From Reclinomonas americana ATCC 50394 (Eukaryota): DNA of 57,050 nucleotides. The translations under genes were made by a program, and so were the position numbers. A model generated the notes under the pieces. The model saw nothing but the letters and a program-made list of their open reading frames with translations, had not been told where the DNA came from and ran no database searches. The stretch's first letter is position 1. The number at the start of each line of letters is the position of its first letter. Shown here piece by piece: positions 11,572 to 23,833 of the stretch. The stretch covers positions 6,114 through 63,163 of the forward strand of contig PS015031.1 in assembly GCA_048213135.1 (NCBI GenBank). The letters are read 5' to 3'.

Positions 11572-14500
11572 GNNNNNNNNNNNNNNNNNNNNGAGAGGGA
11601 GAGGGAGAGGGAGGGAGGGAGGGAGGGAGGGGGGCCAAGGGAGTCAAAAGGCAACGACATAGGGAGAGAGAAAGGAAGACAGAGGGAGAGGATGATGACA
11701 GAAAAAGAGACAGTGAATACGTGAAGACACATACAATGTACAACGCACGATGACGGAGAGACAGACAATGCGAAGAGGAAAGGGAAGGAGAGACAGAGAA
11801 ATAGAATGATACAGACACGGAGTGGGAGAGAATGCAAACAAGCGAGGCATAAGGAGTAAAGTGGGGAGCACAAAATGAGACAGAGGCACAATAGGAAAAT
11901 AGAATGTAAGAGAAGAGGTGAAGGTGGAAGTGGGAGAACCTGGTGACCGCAGAGAGAAAGACAGCATACAGGCAGGCAAGCAGGCGAGTGAAGAACGGAT
12001 GATGAAAAACACACAAGGATGAGGCAGAGCAACTGCGTGACGGAGAGAGTGAGCCCCGCCTCACCGATATGATTCCGCGGTATCTCCAGCGTATGAATCG
12101 TATTATTATGCAATAGCGGCTTCACCAGACACTCCATGCCGACCTTGCTCAGCGGCCCGCCCACAGATCCACCATACGCGAACACCTCGAATCCGCCAAT
12201 CTCCCTCTGCTGCTGCTGTTCGTGCAGATCATCATCATCGTCATCATCGTCTTGATCGCCCTGCTCCTCGTCCTCCGCCGCCGCACTGGCTGCCATGGCA
12301 TGCGTCTCCAGCAGCTCGAGGATGCCGCGCATCGGCCGTTCGCGGAGGGTCACACATGCGCTCTTGTAGAGCTGTGGGAGTGAGGAGATGAGGGAAAGGG
12401 CGAGTGAGTGAGGAAGAGACTCTGGGAAGGGCGAGTGAGTGACAAAAAAGAGAGCGTGGGAGGAAAAGAGTTGAAGTCACAGATAAGGAAAGAGTGAGAG
12501 AAGGAAGAGAGCGTGAGGAAGCGAGTAAGGAAGTGAGGGCGAGGGAAGGGTGATTGTGGGAAGAGCGAGAGAAGGCAAGGAGTGCGAGGAAGGAGTGAGG
12601 GAAGAGTGAGAGAAGGAAGGGATGGCGAGGCATGGATTGGAGAGAGGAACACAAGAATGAGTGACACGGGAGTGACAGAGAGAGAAGTGAGAATGAACGC
12701 CTGGCGAAGGAGCGAGAGTGACAGAAAGAGAAGAGTGAATAAGGACGGAGGGAGGGAGAACACGGATAAGGGAGCGACTGAGAAAGAGAAGAAAGTGGCG
12801 GAAGATTGAACGAAGAAACAGAGGAGAGAGACAGAGGAGAGGAGACGAGACAGAGGAGAAGAGAGACTCTGTTACACATCTCCTCCTTCCCCTCACTTCT
12901 CTCTGTCTGTCTCTCTCTCTCTCTCTCTCTNNNNNNNNNNNNNNNNNNNNCTCCTCTCCTCTCCTCTCCTCTCCTCTCCTCTCCTCTCCTCTCCTCTCCT
13001 CTCCTCTCCTCTCCTCCTCCTCCTCCTCCTCCTCCTCCTCCTCCTCCTCCTCCTCCTCCTCCTCCTCCTCCCTCTCCCTCTCCCTCTCCCTCTCCCTCTC
13101 CCTCTCCCTCTCCCTCTCTCCTTTGCCTTCTGACTCTTTTTGCCCCTCTCACGCCGCAGGCAACGAGGGCACGGTGGCACTCTGCACGGTTCTTCGCAGC
13201 AACACCACCATTGTCAACGTCAACATTGACAAAAACGACATTGGCGAGCGCGGTGGTATGCTGCTGGCTGCCACCCTGGAGCAGCACACGACGGGCCTGC
13301 GCATGTTGCGCGTCAGCCACAATCCGCTTGGTCGTGCCGCCTCGCGTGTGATCAACGCGGTCACGCGACACACGCAACTCACGCTGCTCGACATGACGGA
13401 GACTGGATTGGAGGCGGAGGATGCGCCATTTGTGTCGACGATTCTCGAGTTCTCGCGGACGCTTACGGTGCTCAGTTTGGCTAACAATCGTGTCGGCGAT
13501 CGCTTCATTGAGGGCATTGTCGACGGACTGGCGACGAATTCGACACTTGTTTCGCTCGGTACGTTGCGGGGCCGTGCATTTTTTGCTTATTACATTCAAG
13601 GGTCTCAATGATTTTTGGCGATCCTGTGCAGACCTCAGTGCCTGTGGCATCGGATATCACGGCGGGTCATTGCTGCGCGAGGCAATTGCCGCCAACCACT
13701 CGCTGCTGCGTTTGGATCTGGATTACAATCAACCAGGTATTCGAAAAGTAGCGATGACGACTATTCGTGTGGGTGTCTGACTATGACTTGCGACAGGCGG
13801 CAACAATGTGAAGAATATCCAGGCGTGCCTCGATCGCAACCAGCAGGACTACAAGGCGCGCACCGAGGCCGCGCGCATCAGGAGTGAGCGAGGGGTTTGT
13901 TATTGCTTCACTCAGTTATTCTCGACGTGAAGTGCCTCTCGACTCAGTCGCGTATGTTTCGACGCACAGCACGCCAGAACCGTGCACGAGCAGTTGCCAT
14001 CGTCACCGAGGACAGAGAGAATGCCGCCGGCCGAGGCTCCACCGCCCACTCGTCTCCCGCAGCCTGACATGCCGCAACTCTTGCCGACCCCTGCTTCCGT
14101 GGTGTCGCCGCGTTTCGTGCCGCTTCCGCTGGTGAATTCGTCCTCGGCTGCGTCCGGATCCTCTGGTCGCCGCAAGCCCACCGTCTCCATCGATCCCAAT
14201 GTGCACGACGAGGTGCCATCGCCCACCTTCAGCCACGTGGCGCCTGCCAGTGGTGCAGAGACGGCAGTGCGTCCGAGTGCGCCTTCGAGCGCTACGTTGT
14301 CGCCCAGCGATGCAGTGCAAGCGCTTGATCGAGAGCGCAGCAAGAACCGGCAGCGACAGCGTGAGCTCATCGGCGACCTCGCCTTCTCACCACCGGCCTC
14401 GCCACGCTCCGTGGTCACCCAACTCATTGCGGCCACTGCTGCGGCCGACACTGCTGCTGCAGCGACCGGTCGTGCCGCTGATTCACCGCTGCGGTCACCG

Positions 14501-16012
14501 CGCGACAATCAGCGGGTGCCGATGCTCCATGAAGGGTCGCCTGGCGAGGCCACCACTCGCTCACCGTCGTCGCCCTCGCGTCTCGCCACGCAGGATTTTG
14601 GCGGCCTGGTGCGCGCCTTTGCCGATCTCGTCACACGGAATCGTCGCACACTGGAGACGGTGGATCGAATGGCGGATAAGAAGGACCGAGGAAAGGCGAG
14701 AGATGTCACACAAGAGGGATGAGGAAGGTCAATTGTGCTGAATCGATGCTGTGTGCTGTGTGCAGGTGATCATGATTGTCGATCGATCGCTGGCCGACAT
14801 GGAACGCCTGCTGGTGGTGATTCGCGAGTTGCAAGATGAGCTGCGGTTCACGGAGATTGTCACCGAGCGTTCACGACAACACTCGGCCCAACATGTGGCG
14901 CTCCTGCAGTTTTGTTTTGTCGTGCACGGCTGCACTCGTGTTCTCGCACGCTTTTGACCGTATCTCGCAGAGAGGAGCTCCGCAACAAGGATGCAATTTT
15001 GAAGGACATGGACCAGCAGTGTGTGCTGGCAGTGGAGAGCATTGGCAGGCTGCGGGAGAGCGAGAAGCAGGTTTGTTGGTGGACGAAAGATAGTTGATGC
15101 GCCTGATACTCACCTGGTGTGCAGCTGATGCAACGGGCGTCGGAGAGGGAGCGCGAGGTGGAGCAGACGCGCCGCGACATCACGGACGTGCGACGAGCGT
15201 TGGACATTGAGCGACAGCGGTGTCGCGAGCTGACTGAGGTGATGGCCTCGGTGGAGCGTGTAACTGTGACGCAGAGTGCGTTTTGGCGTGACACGCAGCA
15301 GCGTGTGGAGGAGAAGGTCAACCAGATTGTGGAGAACGGAGCGCGCGTGGTCGATCGGGCAGCGGAAGTCGAGAAGCTGCGCCACGAGATCCGCCAACTG
15401 AACGAGGAATTGAGGTCGGTCAACGCCGAGCTGGCGGGCACCGAGCGGAAACTCGCCGACGTCAATGCGATGGTGGTGGAGAGCCAGCAGGTGCTCAAGG
15501 ATGAGCGGCTGGAAAAGCAGCAGCTCACACTGGTGCGTTGAGATTGAGCGGGGAGGGGAGGATGGTGGGAATGGATGGCTGAGCTGAGGCGCACAGAAAT
15601 TGCGTCAGCTGGATGGTCGTGTGCGCAGTCTGGAGGCCGAGTCCACGATGTTGCGCTCGGAGAATGCGCAGCTGCGGCAGTTTGCGACCAAGGAAAAGCA
15701 GCGCAAGTTTGATCTGGAACAGCAGCTGAAGGAGCAGTTGCGCGTGTGGGTGGCGGTGAGGGATTTGTGTGCGAAACGGTACTTATCGTTCGTTTGCGCA
15801 TGACAGACAAGACGAAATCGTGAGCACGACGGAGGCACTCTTCCACGCGGTGCAGGGATATGCAGATGTTGCGTGAGGGAGGGTGGTGGTGGTTTTACGA
15901 GGTCGTTCATGAAGTCACTTATGATGCAACACAGGTGCCGCTCGTACAAGTGGTCAAGGAGTTCCTGCATGTGCGGAGATCGCTTGAGCGTGAGCATGCG
16001 ACGGTGCACTGA
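11242..16012 (+). CDS. RNI-like leucine-rich-repeat protein with Pro/Ser-rich linker and C-terminal coiled coil
   Basis: Exon 1 MSEEVQRYRSAVEQFTE; exon 2 lies on the flipped contig (12371-12065, LYKSACVTL...LEIPRNHIG) and joins in phase to GNEGTVALCTVLRSNTT (13160 onward). LRR motifs LxxLxLxxNxxG; coiled-coil exons 14766-15750; last exon VPLVQVVKEF..TVH*. Confidence 0.75.
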
Positions 16013-16625
16013 GTGGCGGTGCATGAGGCGAGTGTATGATGAGATAATGATTTTTGAGGACGATTCGTTGGGATAGGGATAGAAGTCCAAGCGTGCTGGA
16101 ACGTGCGCAGGACATGGTGCACTGAGTGATGAGAAGTGGATGAATCGCATATGGGGCGAAGGAGGCAATAGGTCAAACGGCCGCAGAGTGCGAAGCTTGC
16201 ACGTGAGCGGCGTCACCAAGACGTAGTACACTCAGACGAATAGCAACGGCGCGGATAGGAGTGCAAAAAGGTTGCTGGAGCCGAGTGGAAGTGTGGCGAG
16301 TGAAGCATTGAGGTGATGGGCTATAATGTGGCGACGTCTAAGTGGTAAAGCATACTGAAACGTGCGCAGGTGCGTGGGCCACAGTGCACGGAGTGCTGCA
16401 CTTGTCATGAATGACGAATGCATGATCAAGACATACCCACTCGGAAAAGGCATGTGCAAAGTCGGTAAGGCGTGATCTTTGCTTTGTGACGAGTAATCAT
16501 TCAAATGATGGACGACGACCATGTGGCGACACCAAGACGTTGTACACTCAGAAGAATAACAGGGGAGGCGTCGAACGGTGACAAACGGGGCAGAAGGCCC
16601 TTCCTACACGGTCACTACGTCCCGT

Positions 16626-17938
16626 CTAATCACTGTGGGGGAGAGAGAGAGATGAGGTGAGCACAAATACAGCCGTGAGCACAGTAATAGCAGCACGCAC
16701 TCGTCGTCCTCCAGGTCGAGGTGCTTCGCGAGAGCCCAGGCGGCGAACTCGTCGAACAGGATCACGCCACCTGCACAGATATTAGTAAGGGAGGGGAATA
16801 GCGAGAAAGGAGATGCACGTTGTGCGCACACCATGGTTGGTGTCGATCTCGCGGAAGACGGCGTCGGCAGACTGCGACGAGTGCAGGCCCCAGGTGTGCA
16901 GCGCGGGCATGGCGGCGCGCAGCTCGTCGGGGGTGATGCTAAAGAGGGAAGAAAAGTGAGCGTGAGGATGAAGACATTGAGGGAGGGAATGACCTTGTTA
17001 CGAACCGGCGATCGTGCGATGAGTCGATGCGAGCGAACATTTGGTACAGCTGAGTGCGGGGCGGGGATGAGCAGGGGAGGCGAGGGGGTGGATGAGCGGA
17101 AAAGGGAACGAAACAAGACGAGCAAGAATGACTTGAGAGAGAAAGGGAAGAGAGCACAGTGAGGAGAGAGAGCGGAAGAGAGAGCGGGAGAGAAAGAGAA
17201 AGAGAGAGAGAGACGAACATCTCTCCGCCCTCATTACATCGCACATTCCACATTCCCTTCACCCTCTCTCTACAAACCTCAAAGTACTCGCGCAGGTAGC
17301 GCAGCAGCAGGGCAAACTCCACACGCTGCACGTAGTCGTCGCCGACAGCGCTCTTGCCGTGGTAGGCAGCCTTGGCGGCCTGTGTCGCAGGGTGTGAGGA
17401 TGGAGTCGCAATGAGAGGCGAAGGGATTCATGCGTACCTGGAAGGCGCGCATGATGGCCGGCTTGCAGTCGAACATCTCGTCGAGGTGCAGCACGTCGCG
17501 AATGCCCTTGTCTGCGTGGGGGTGAGGAAAGGGGGAAGAAGTGAGGGAAGGGGTGAGGGAAGAGAGAGAGAGAGTCACAGAAGGACAACGAGAGCCCCAC
17601 AGAGGGTGCGACACAAGGGGAATGAGAAGACAATGAGGAATAGAGACAAAGAGCTGCACAGATCGTGAAGGCTGTGTTCAGGTTGCCGAGAACTCCTTAA
17701 GAAGTACGAGATGGAGAGAGAAAGGTCAAGGAGGTAGAGAGAGAGAAAGAGACATAAGTGCATAATGACATGCACAAATCGTGAGGAGGAAGAGCAGACA
17801 AGGAATACAGAGGAGAGACAAGTGCACAAACACATGCACAGATTGTGAAGGATGAGCTGCAGTTGTAACTCAAGAAGCGCGAAGTAGAGCGAGACACGGA
17901 GAAAGAGGACAATGGAAAGGGAGGGGCAATAGAAAGAC

Positions 17939-17978
<40 letters not shown>

Positions 17979-18637
17979 GCAGAGATAGAGGGCAAAGAGG
18001 AATACAGAGGAGAGAAAAGTGCACAAAGACATGCACAGGTCGTGAAGGATGAGCTCAGGCTGCCGAGAACTCCAAAGGAAGGACGAGACGGAGAGAGAGA
18101 AGTCAAGGAGGAACAGAGAGAAATAGAAAGAGAGATGAGAGGTAAGTGCACACTTACATGCACAATCGTGAGGAGGAAGAGCAGACAAGAAGGTACAGAC
18201 GAGAGACATGCACTGATTGTGGAGGACGAGCTGGAGATAACGAGGAAGAGAGAGACCGGGAGAGAAAATCAGAACGAGGCGACTATTGAGAAATACAGAG
18301 TCACAGATTGTAAAGAATGAGCTGCAGTTGTTTTTCTCAAGAAGCGCGTAAAAGGGCGAGACACAGAAAGAGAGGATACAGTGCACATGCAAGAGATACA
18401 GGCGGAGCGCATGAAAAATTACCGATTTCGGCGAGCGACAGCAATCCATTTCCATTCGGGTCGAAGCCGTCAAAGAGACGAGCGCGCTTGGCCTTGTCGG
18501 CCTCGGTGCGACCAGTCGGCAGCGACTCGCGAACTGTAAAAAAGAAGAGTCAGTGAATCTTGCACTCTCTCTCTCTCACGCACACACACACAAACGCAAC
18601 TGTGTGCCCAGTCAATGTGCTCCGCCGGACGAGACAT
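16626..18637 (-). CDS. Flagellar calcium-binding protein (calflagin/FCaBP)-like EF-hand protein, 8 exons
   Basis: Spliced product IDWAHIRESLPTGRTEADKAKRARLFDGFDPNGNGLLSLAEIDKGIRDVLHLDEMFDCKPAIMRAFQAAK...DDYVQRVEFALLLRYLREYFELYQMFARID...VFREIDTNHGGVILFDEFAAWA follows the trypanosomatid FCaBP pattern. Confidence 0.9.
17650..18400. repeat. Degenerate ~375-bp tandem duplication with tgcacagattgtgaaggatgagc sub-repeats inside the large calflagin intron
   Basis: caggttgccgagaactcc (about 17679) recurs as caggctgccgagaactcc (about 18056) with matching flanks. Confidence 0.75.
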
Positions 18638-19100
18638 GTGTTCTTTTCTCTGTGTGAGAGTGTGAGAGTGAGAGTGAGCGACATGGCGTGATGGTGATTG
18701 TTCCGCGCGGAAAATGTGCACCAAACAGGTGCGCAGTGGTGTGTGTGACAAAGAAGAGACAGAGAGCGACTGAAAGAAAGATGGAGAGAGATGCGGAGGT
18801 GGAGAGGACGTGGTTTGTGCGCACAAAACGCACCTCGGAAAAATTGAATTGGTTGGATTGGATGGATGGTGGATCGCGGAAGCGCATTCGGGAGAGCAAA
18901 GGATCAAAGTCTCTCCCTCCCGTTGCGAACCAGTCAGACAAGCGCGCGTATATTGATACATATGTTGTCCGGCGCCTGTTGTCAGTCCTGCTCTCGGACA
19001 AGCACACTCACACTCATCACGGTGAGTGCATCACGATGAACTCCCCAATCGCGAATCCGTTGTGCTAAAGCTCCCGTCGCCCCGCACATCAGCGTTCGGA

Positions 19101-21602
19101 ATGGTTCTCCCCTTGTTGCGTTCGCCAGACTTGCAGCCGCTCGTGCGCGCAACTTGCAAGCACGCTGTGTGTGTGTGTGTGTGTTGCTGATCAACCCTGC
19201 TGCAGCTTGCGAGGGCGCGTCTCGCAGGTGCATGACTGGCAGGAGCCGCCAGAGCAGGTGTTGGAGGACTTTGCGCACATGCTTCCGTATTGGCCAGGCC
19301 AGGCCCACGACAGTGTGGTCGTCGATAACGTGCCAGTCGTTGGCATGGAGCGCACGTGCGATGTCAACTTTGTGGGCGCCGATGGCAGCGAGGAGGTGTG
19401 CTTGGATTCTTCATGCAGTTTCCTTCGTCGCGCGCACTGGTTGATGTGGAGTATGTGCAGGTCCGACTGATGGCGCACAGGAGCGTGCTGCTACATCGAT
19501 GCTCTGATGTGGCACACAAGGAGGAGATGCAAGCACCGATTGGTGGGCGACAACAGCGCAGTGCTCCATCGTTTCATTGTTCACTCATGAGCTGCTGCAA
19601 GCAGTTCCTGGTCAGCGAGGTATCAACATTGAATGCCCGACAGAGTGTTTGGTAAGTGAACGCAACCCTCTCCCCGCCTTCACAGTGAACATCTAGCTTA
19701 TTCTCTTCTCTCTCTCTCTCTCTCTCTCCCTCTCTCCCTCTCTTCCCCCCCNNNNNNNNNNNNNNNNNNNNNNNNNNNNNNNNNNNNNNNNNNNNNNNNN
19801 NNNNNNNNNNNNNNNNNNNNNNNNNNNNNNNNNNNNNNNNNNNNNNNNNNNNNNNNNNNNNNNNNNNNNNNNNNNNNNNNNNNNNNNNNNNNNNNNNNNN
19901 NNNNNNNNNNNNNNNNNNNNNNNNNNNNNNNNNNNNNNNNNNNNNNNNNNNNNNNNNNNNNNNNNNNNNNNNNNNNNNNNNNNNNNNNNNNNNNNNNNNN
20001 NNNNNNNNNNNNNNNNNNNNNNNNNNNNNNNNNNNNNNNNNNNNNNNNNNNNNNNNNNNNNNNNNNNNNNNNNNNNNNNNNNNNNNNNNNNNNNNNNNNN
20101 NNNNNNNNNNNNNNNNNNNNNNNNNNNNNNNNNNNNNNNNNNNNNNNNNNNNNNNNNNNNNNNNNNNNNNNNNNNNNNNNNNNNNNNNNNNNNNNNNNNN
20201 NNNNNNNNNNNNNNNNNNNNNNNNNNNNNNNNCTCTCCTCCTCTTCCCCCGGTCCCCGTCCTCTCTCTCTCCCTCCTCTCTCTCTCCCTCTCTCTCTTTC
20301 TGGCCGTGATCGCAGCATGCCGTGGCACAGGGACTGCAGTTTGTCTACACCGGCTCCGTGTCGTGTCAACGAGAGCGCATGGTGCAGCTGATGTGCACCG
20401 CTGCCGAGTTGCACGTCGACTCGCTGGCTATTGCGTGCGCAACTGTAGTTTTGAACGACATCTCTCTCGAGTCCGTCATGTTCTGGCTGGTGTGTTCATG
20501 TCGTGTTGAAGCACATCTATATGCGTCTCCACCCGTCTCACTGCAAGCTCTCAGGACGGCTTATGCGTGGAAGATGTCGGTGACGTATACTTTCCGCGAC
20601 TGATGCGCGCGTGTATGGAAGTGGTGGAGTGGCGGACTGCCGAGGTGATGCAGAGCGACGCCTTTTTGCACGCGAGTACGGCAGCCGTGTGCCGCGTCTT
20701 GTCGCACGATGTCATGTCGGTGCAAGAGGAGCAACTGTGGGACGCAGTTGTTCGCTGGGGCTGGTGAGTGGCGAGTGATTGGAGAGATGAAGCGCTCTAG
20801 TTCTGACTAACTTGCTCGTTTCGCGTGCAGCGCGCGTGCGAACATCTCGTCCGCCACCACAGTGGCCAGCTGGACTGATGACGATCGTGCACGGTTGCGA
20901 CAGGAGCTTGAACAGCCGCTGTCTCACATTCGCCTGTTTCACATGCCACGCGAAAGGTGAGTACTAGTAAGGCGCAGATGATGGCGGCAAGAGCTTAGCT
21001 GACGCATTGCAACATGCAGAATTGCCGAAGTGCGCGACAGTCAGCTGATTGACTCGGGGCGACTTCAGCAGTGGCAGATGTACGTTGTCGATTCAAGATC
21101 GGTTGACCGCGGACTGGTGCCGCCGGCGCGCAGACCTCCAGTCGCGATCGTGCAGGAGACGGATATCGAAATCAGTATCGACATGGATGTCGGTGCTGTC
21201 AACTACACCAGCACGGTTCCGTGCCCCCGCTGGGATGTCAATCTCTACTACAACCTGCCCAGCAAGCGCAGTTGTTTTGACTCTTGCGGGTACTGCTGCG
21301 AAATGACGTGCCGCTGCGTGCTCTTCTGCGACTGTGGCAACCCGTGCCGCGACTGCTGCGACTGCAACGGGTGTTCCAAGTCGTGTGGAGACTGCTGCTG
21401 TGAGGGTTGTTGCTATCCGTGTGGGCGCGGCTGTGCGGTTCGCTCTCGACGGTGTGGGAGAGGCTGCGCTGCGTGTACTCGTAGTTGTTGCCAGGGTTCC
21501 GAGAGGTGCTGCTGTGATATCTGCTGTGTTTGCATTTACAACTGCTGCGAAGCGAGATTTTGGGACCACCACGATAGCGCTTGGTGCAGGTGTTGTAGTT
21601 AG
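19101..21602 (+). CDS. BTB/POZ-BACK protein with Cys-rich C-terminal tail (copy A)
   Basis: BTB motifs CDVNFVG..VRLMAHRSVL and LQFVYTG; BACK motifs FLHAS...VLSHDVMSVQEEQLWDAVVRW and LLSHIRLFHM; final exon about one third Cys in its distal part. Start codon uncertain (19036 or 19101). Confidence 0.8.
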
Positions 21603-22305
21603 TATTGAGATTGATGTTTCGAAGTTAGCTGGAGATCGATATCTGTAATTGTGTTGGCGATCTGTCGTTCTGGCTGTGGCAGTTCGTGTAACACTCAATC
21701 GCCAGAGTTTCCTCCAGTGTAGAGATCTAGACTGTAAATGGAGACCTGGAGATCTGGAGCTTTTGAAATAACAACAAACTCATTCACCAACAAACAAGCA
21801 ACAGCTGTCTTGATTATATAGATATAGATATATATCTATAGATTGAGAGACCCTAGAGAAAGACATAGAGATCTAGATTACGAAGCCTCCACTGCTTCGC
21901 TTGCTTCTTGGATCCGGACCCGGCTTTGCTTATTTTTGCCTGGCTATGGTCTTTTCCCGAGTAGGATGTCACAGTTTCCATGCTTATTTGGTGAATATCA
22001 TAGTATAAGTCTAATAAAAAGAATACCTGCCGCTGCTCTCATGATCAAGATCAATATCAAGACTGGTGAAGCAGTGATGATACGGACCGCTTGCTGTCGA
22101 GACTGTGCAGCTGCGTCGCGCGCCTCGACCACTACATCTGGCTATTGTCTTAATCTTCGGACTGGTGTCTGTGTTTGCTTGTTTGTTGGCGAATGTTCGT
22201 TGGAGAAACAAATTGATACAGACTACATGCAGATTTCGTCTTCACAAGAATCAGGAATCAAGACTCAAACACACACCTACCCTCCAACATATACACACAC
22301 GCCAG

Positions 22306-23833
22306 TTACTTTTCACCGAATAACCCGACCAACACGAAGATAGCAATCAAGATGAGAAAGCCAATAACAATCCAAAAGTACTTGCAGAAAATACCGGTGT
22401 ACTTCAGGCAATGCGGCGAGCAGCTCCGGCAGCAGTCGCCTAAGTGCTCGCAGAATTCCTTCGTACAAGCACCACATTTCCCGCAACACTCCGCAGTGCA
22501 CTCGCAGCAGGCTTTGCAGCAATCACCCGTGCACTCACAGCAGCCTTTGCAACATTCGCCCGAGCAACGAAGGCAATTCTCACAGCACACACCAGTGCCA
22601 TGACCACATCTCCTGCAGCATTCGCTCGTACAGGCACCGCAGCCTCTGCAGCACTTCTTGGAACCCTGGCAACAACTACGAGTACACGCAGCGCAGCCTC
22701 TCCCACACCGTCGAGAGCGAACCGCACAGCCGCGCCCACACGGATAGCAACAACCCTCACAGCAGCAGTCTCCACACGACTTGGAACACCCGTTGCAGTC
22801 GCAGCAGTCGCGGCACGGGTTGCCACAGTCGCAGAAGAGCACGCAGCGGCACGTCATTTCGCAGCAGTACCCGCAAGAGTCAAAACAACTGCGCTTGCTG
22901 GGCAGGTTGTAGTAGAGATTGACATCCCAGCGGGGGCACGGAACCGTGCTGGTGTAGTTGACAGCACCGACATCCATGTCGATACTGATTTCGATATCCG
23001 TCTCCTGCACGATCGCGACTGGAGGTCTGCGCGCCGGCGGCACCAGTCCGCGGTCAACCGATCTTGAATCGACAACGTACACCTGCCACTGCTGAAGTCG
23101 CTCCGAGTCAATCAGCTGGCTGTCGCGCACTTCGGCGATTCTGCATGATATATGCAATGCGTCTGATGAGCTCTTGCCATCATCTGCACATTACGAGTAC
23201 TCACCTTTCGCGTGGCATGTGAAACAGGCGAATGTGAGACAGCGGCTGTTCAAGCTCCTGTCGCAACCGTGCACGATCGTCATCAGTCCAGCTGGCCACT
23301 GTGGTGGCGGACGAGATGTTCGCACGCGCGCTGCACGCGAAAGTCAGATCTAGAGCGCTTCATCTCTCCAATCACTCGCCGCTCACCAGCCCCAACGTAC
23401 GACCGCATCCCACAGTTGCTCCTCTTGCACCGACATGACATCGTGCGACAAGACGCGGCACACGGCTGCCGTACTCGCGTGCAAAAAGGCGTCGCTCTGC
23501 ATCACCTCGGCAGTCCGCCACTCCACCACTTCCATACACGCGCGCATCAGTCGCGGAAAGTATACGTCACCGACATCTTCCACGCATAAGCCGTCCTGAG
23601 AGCTTGCAGTGAGACGGGTGGAGACGCACATAGATGTGCTTCAACACGACATGAACACACCAGCCAGAACATGACGGACTCGGGAGAGATATCGTTCAAG
23701 ACTACAGTTGCGCACGCAATAGCCAGCGAGTCGACGTGCAACTCGGCAGCGGTGCACATCAGCTGCACCATGCGCTCTCGTTGACACGACACGGAGCCGG
23801 TGTAGACAAACTGCAGTCCCTGTGCCACGGCAT
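22306..23833 (-). CDS. BTB/POZ-BACK protein, inverted near-identical copy B with a longer Cys-rich tail and a C-terminal TM helix; 5' exons not visible
   Basis: Reverse complement of about 20293-21500 found at about 23856-22660; diverges after RSCCQGS and ends FWIVIGFLILIAIFVLVGLFGEK*. Confidence 0.8.

Noticed and set aside
21843-22343. ORFs in the spacer between the inverted BTB copies
   Set aside because: No ATG-led coherent product or family motif; more likely convergent 3' UTRs
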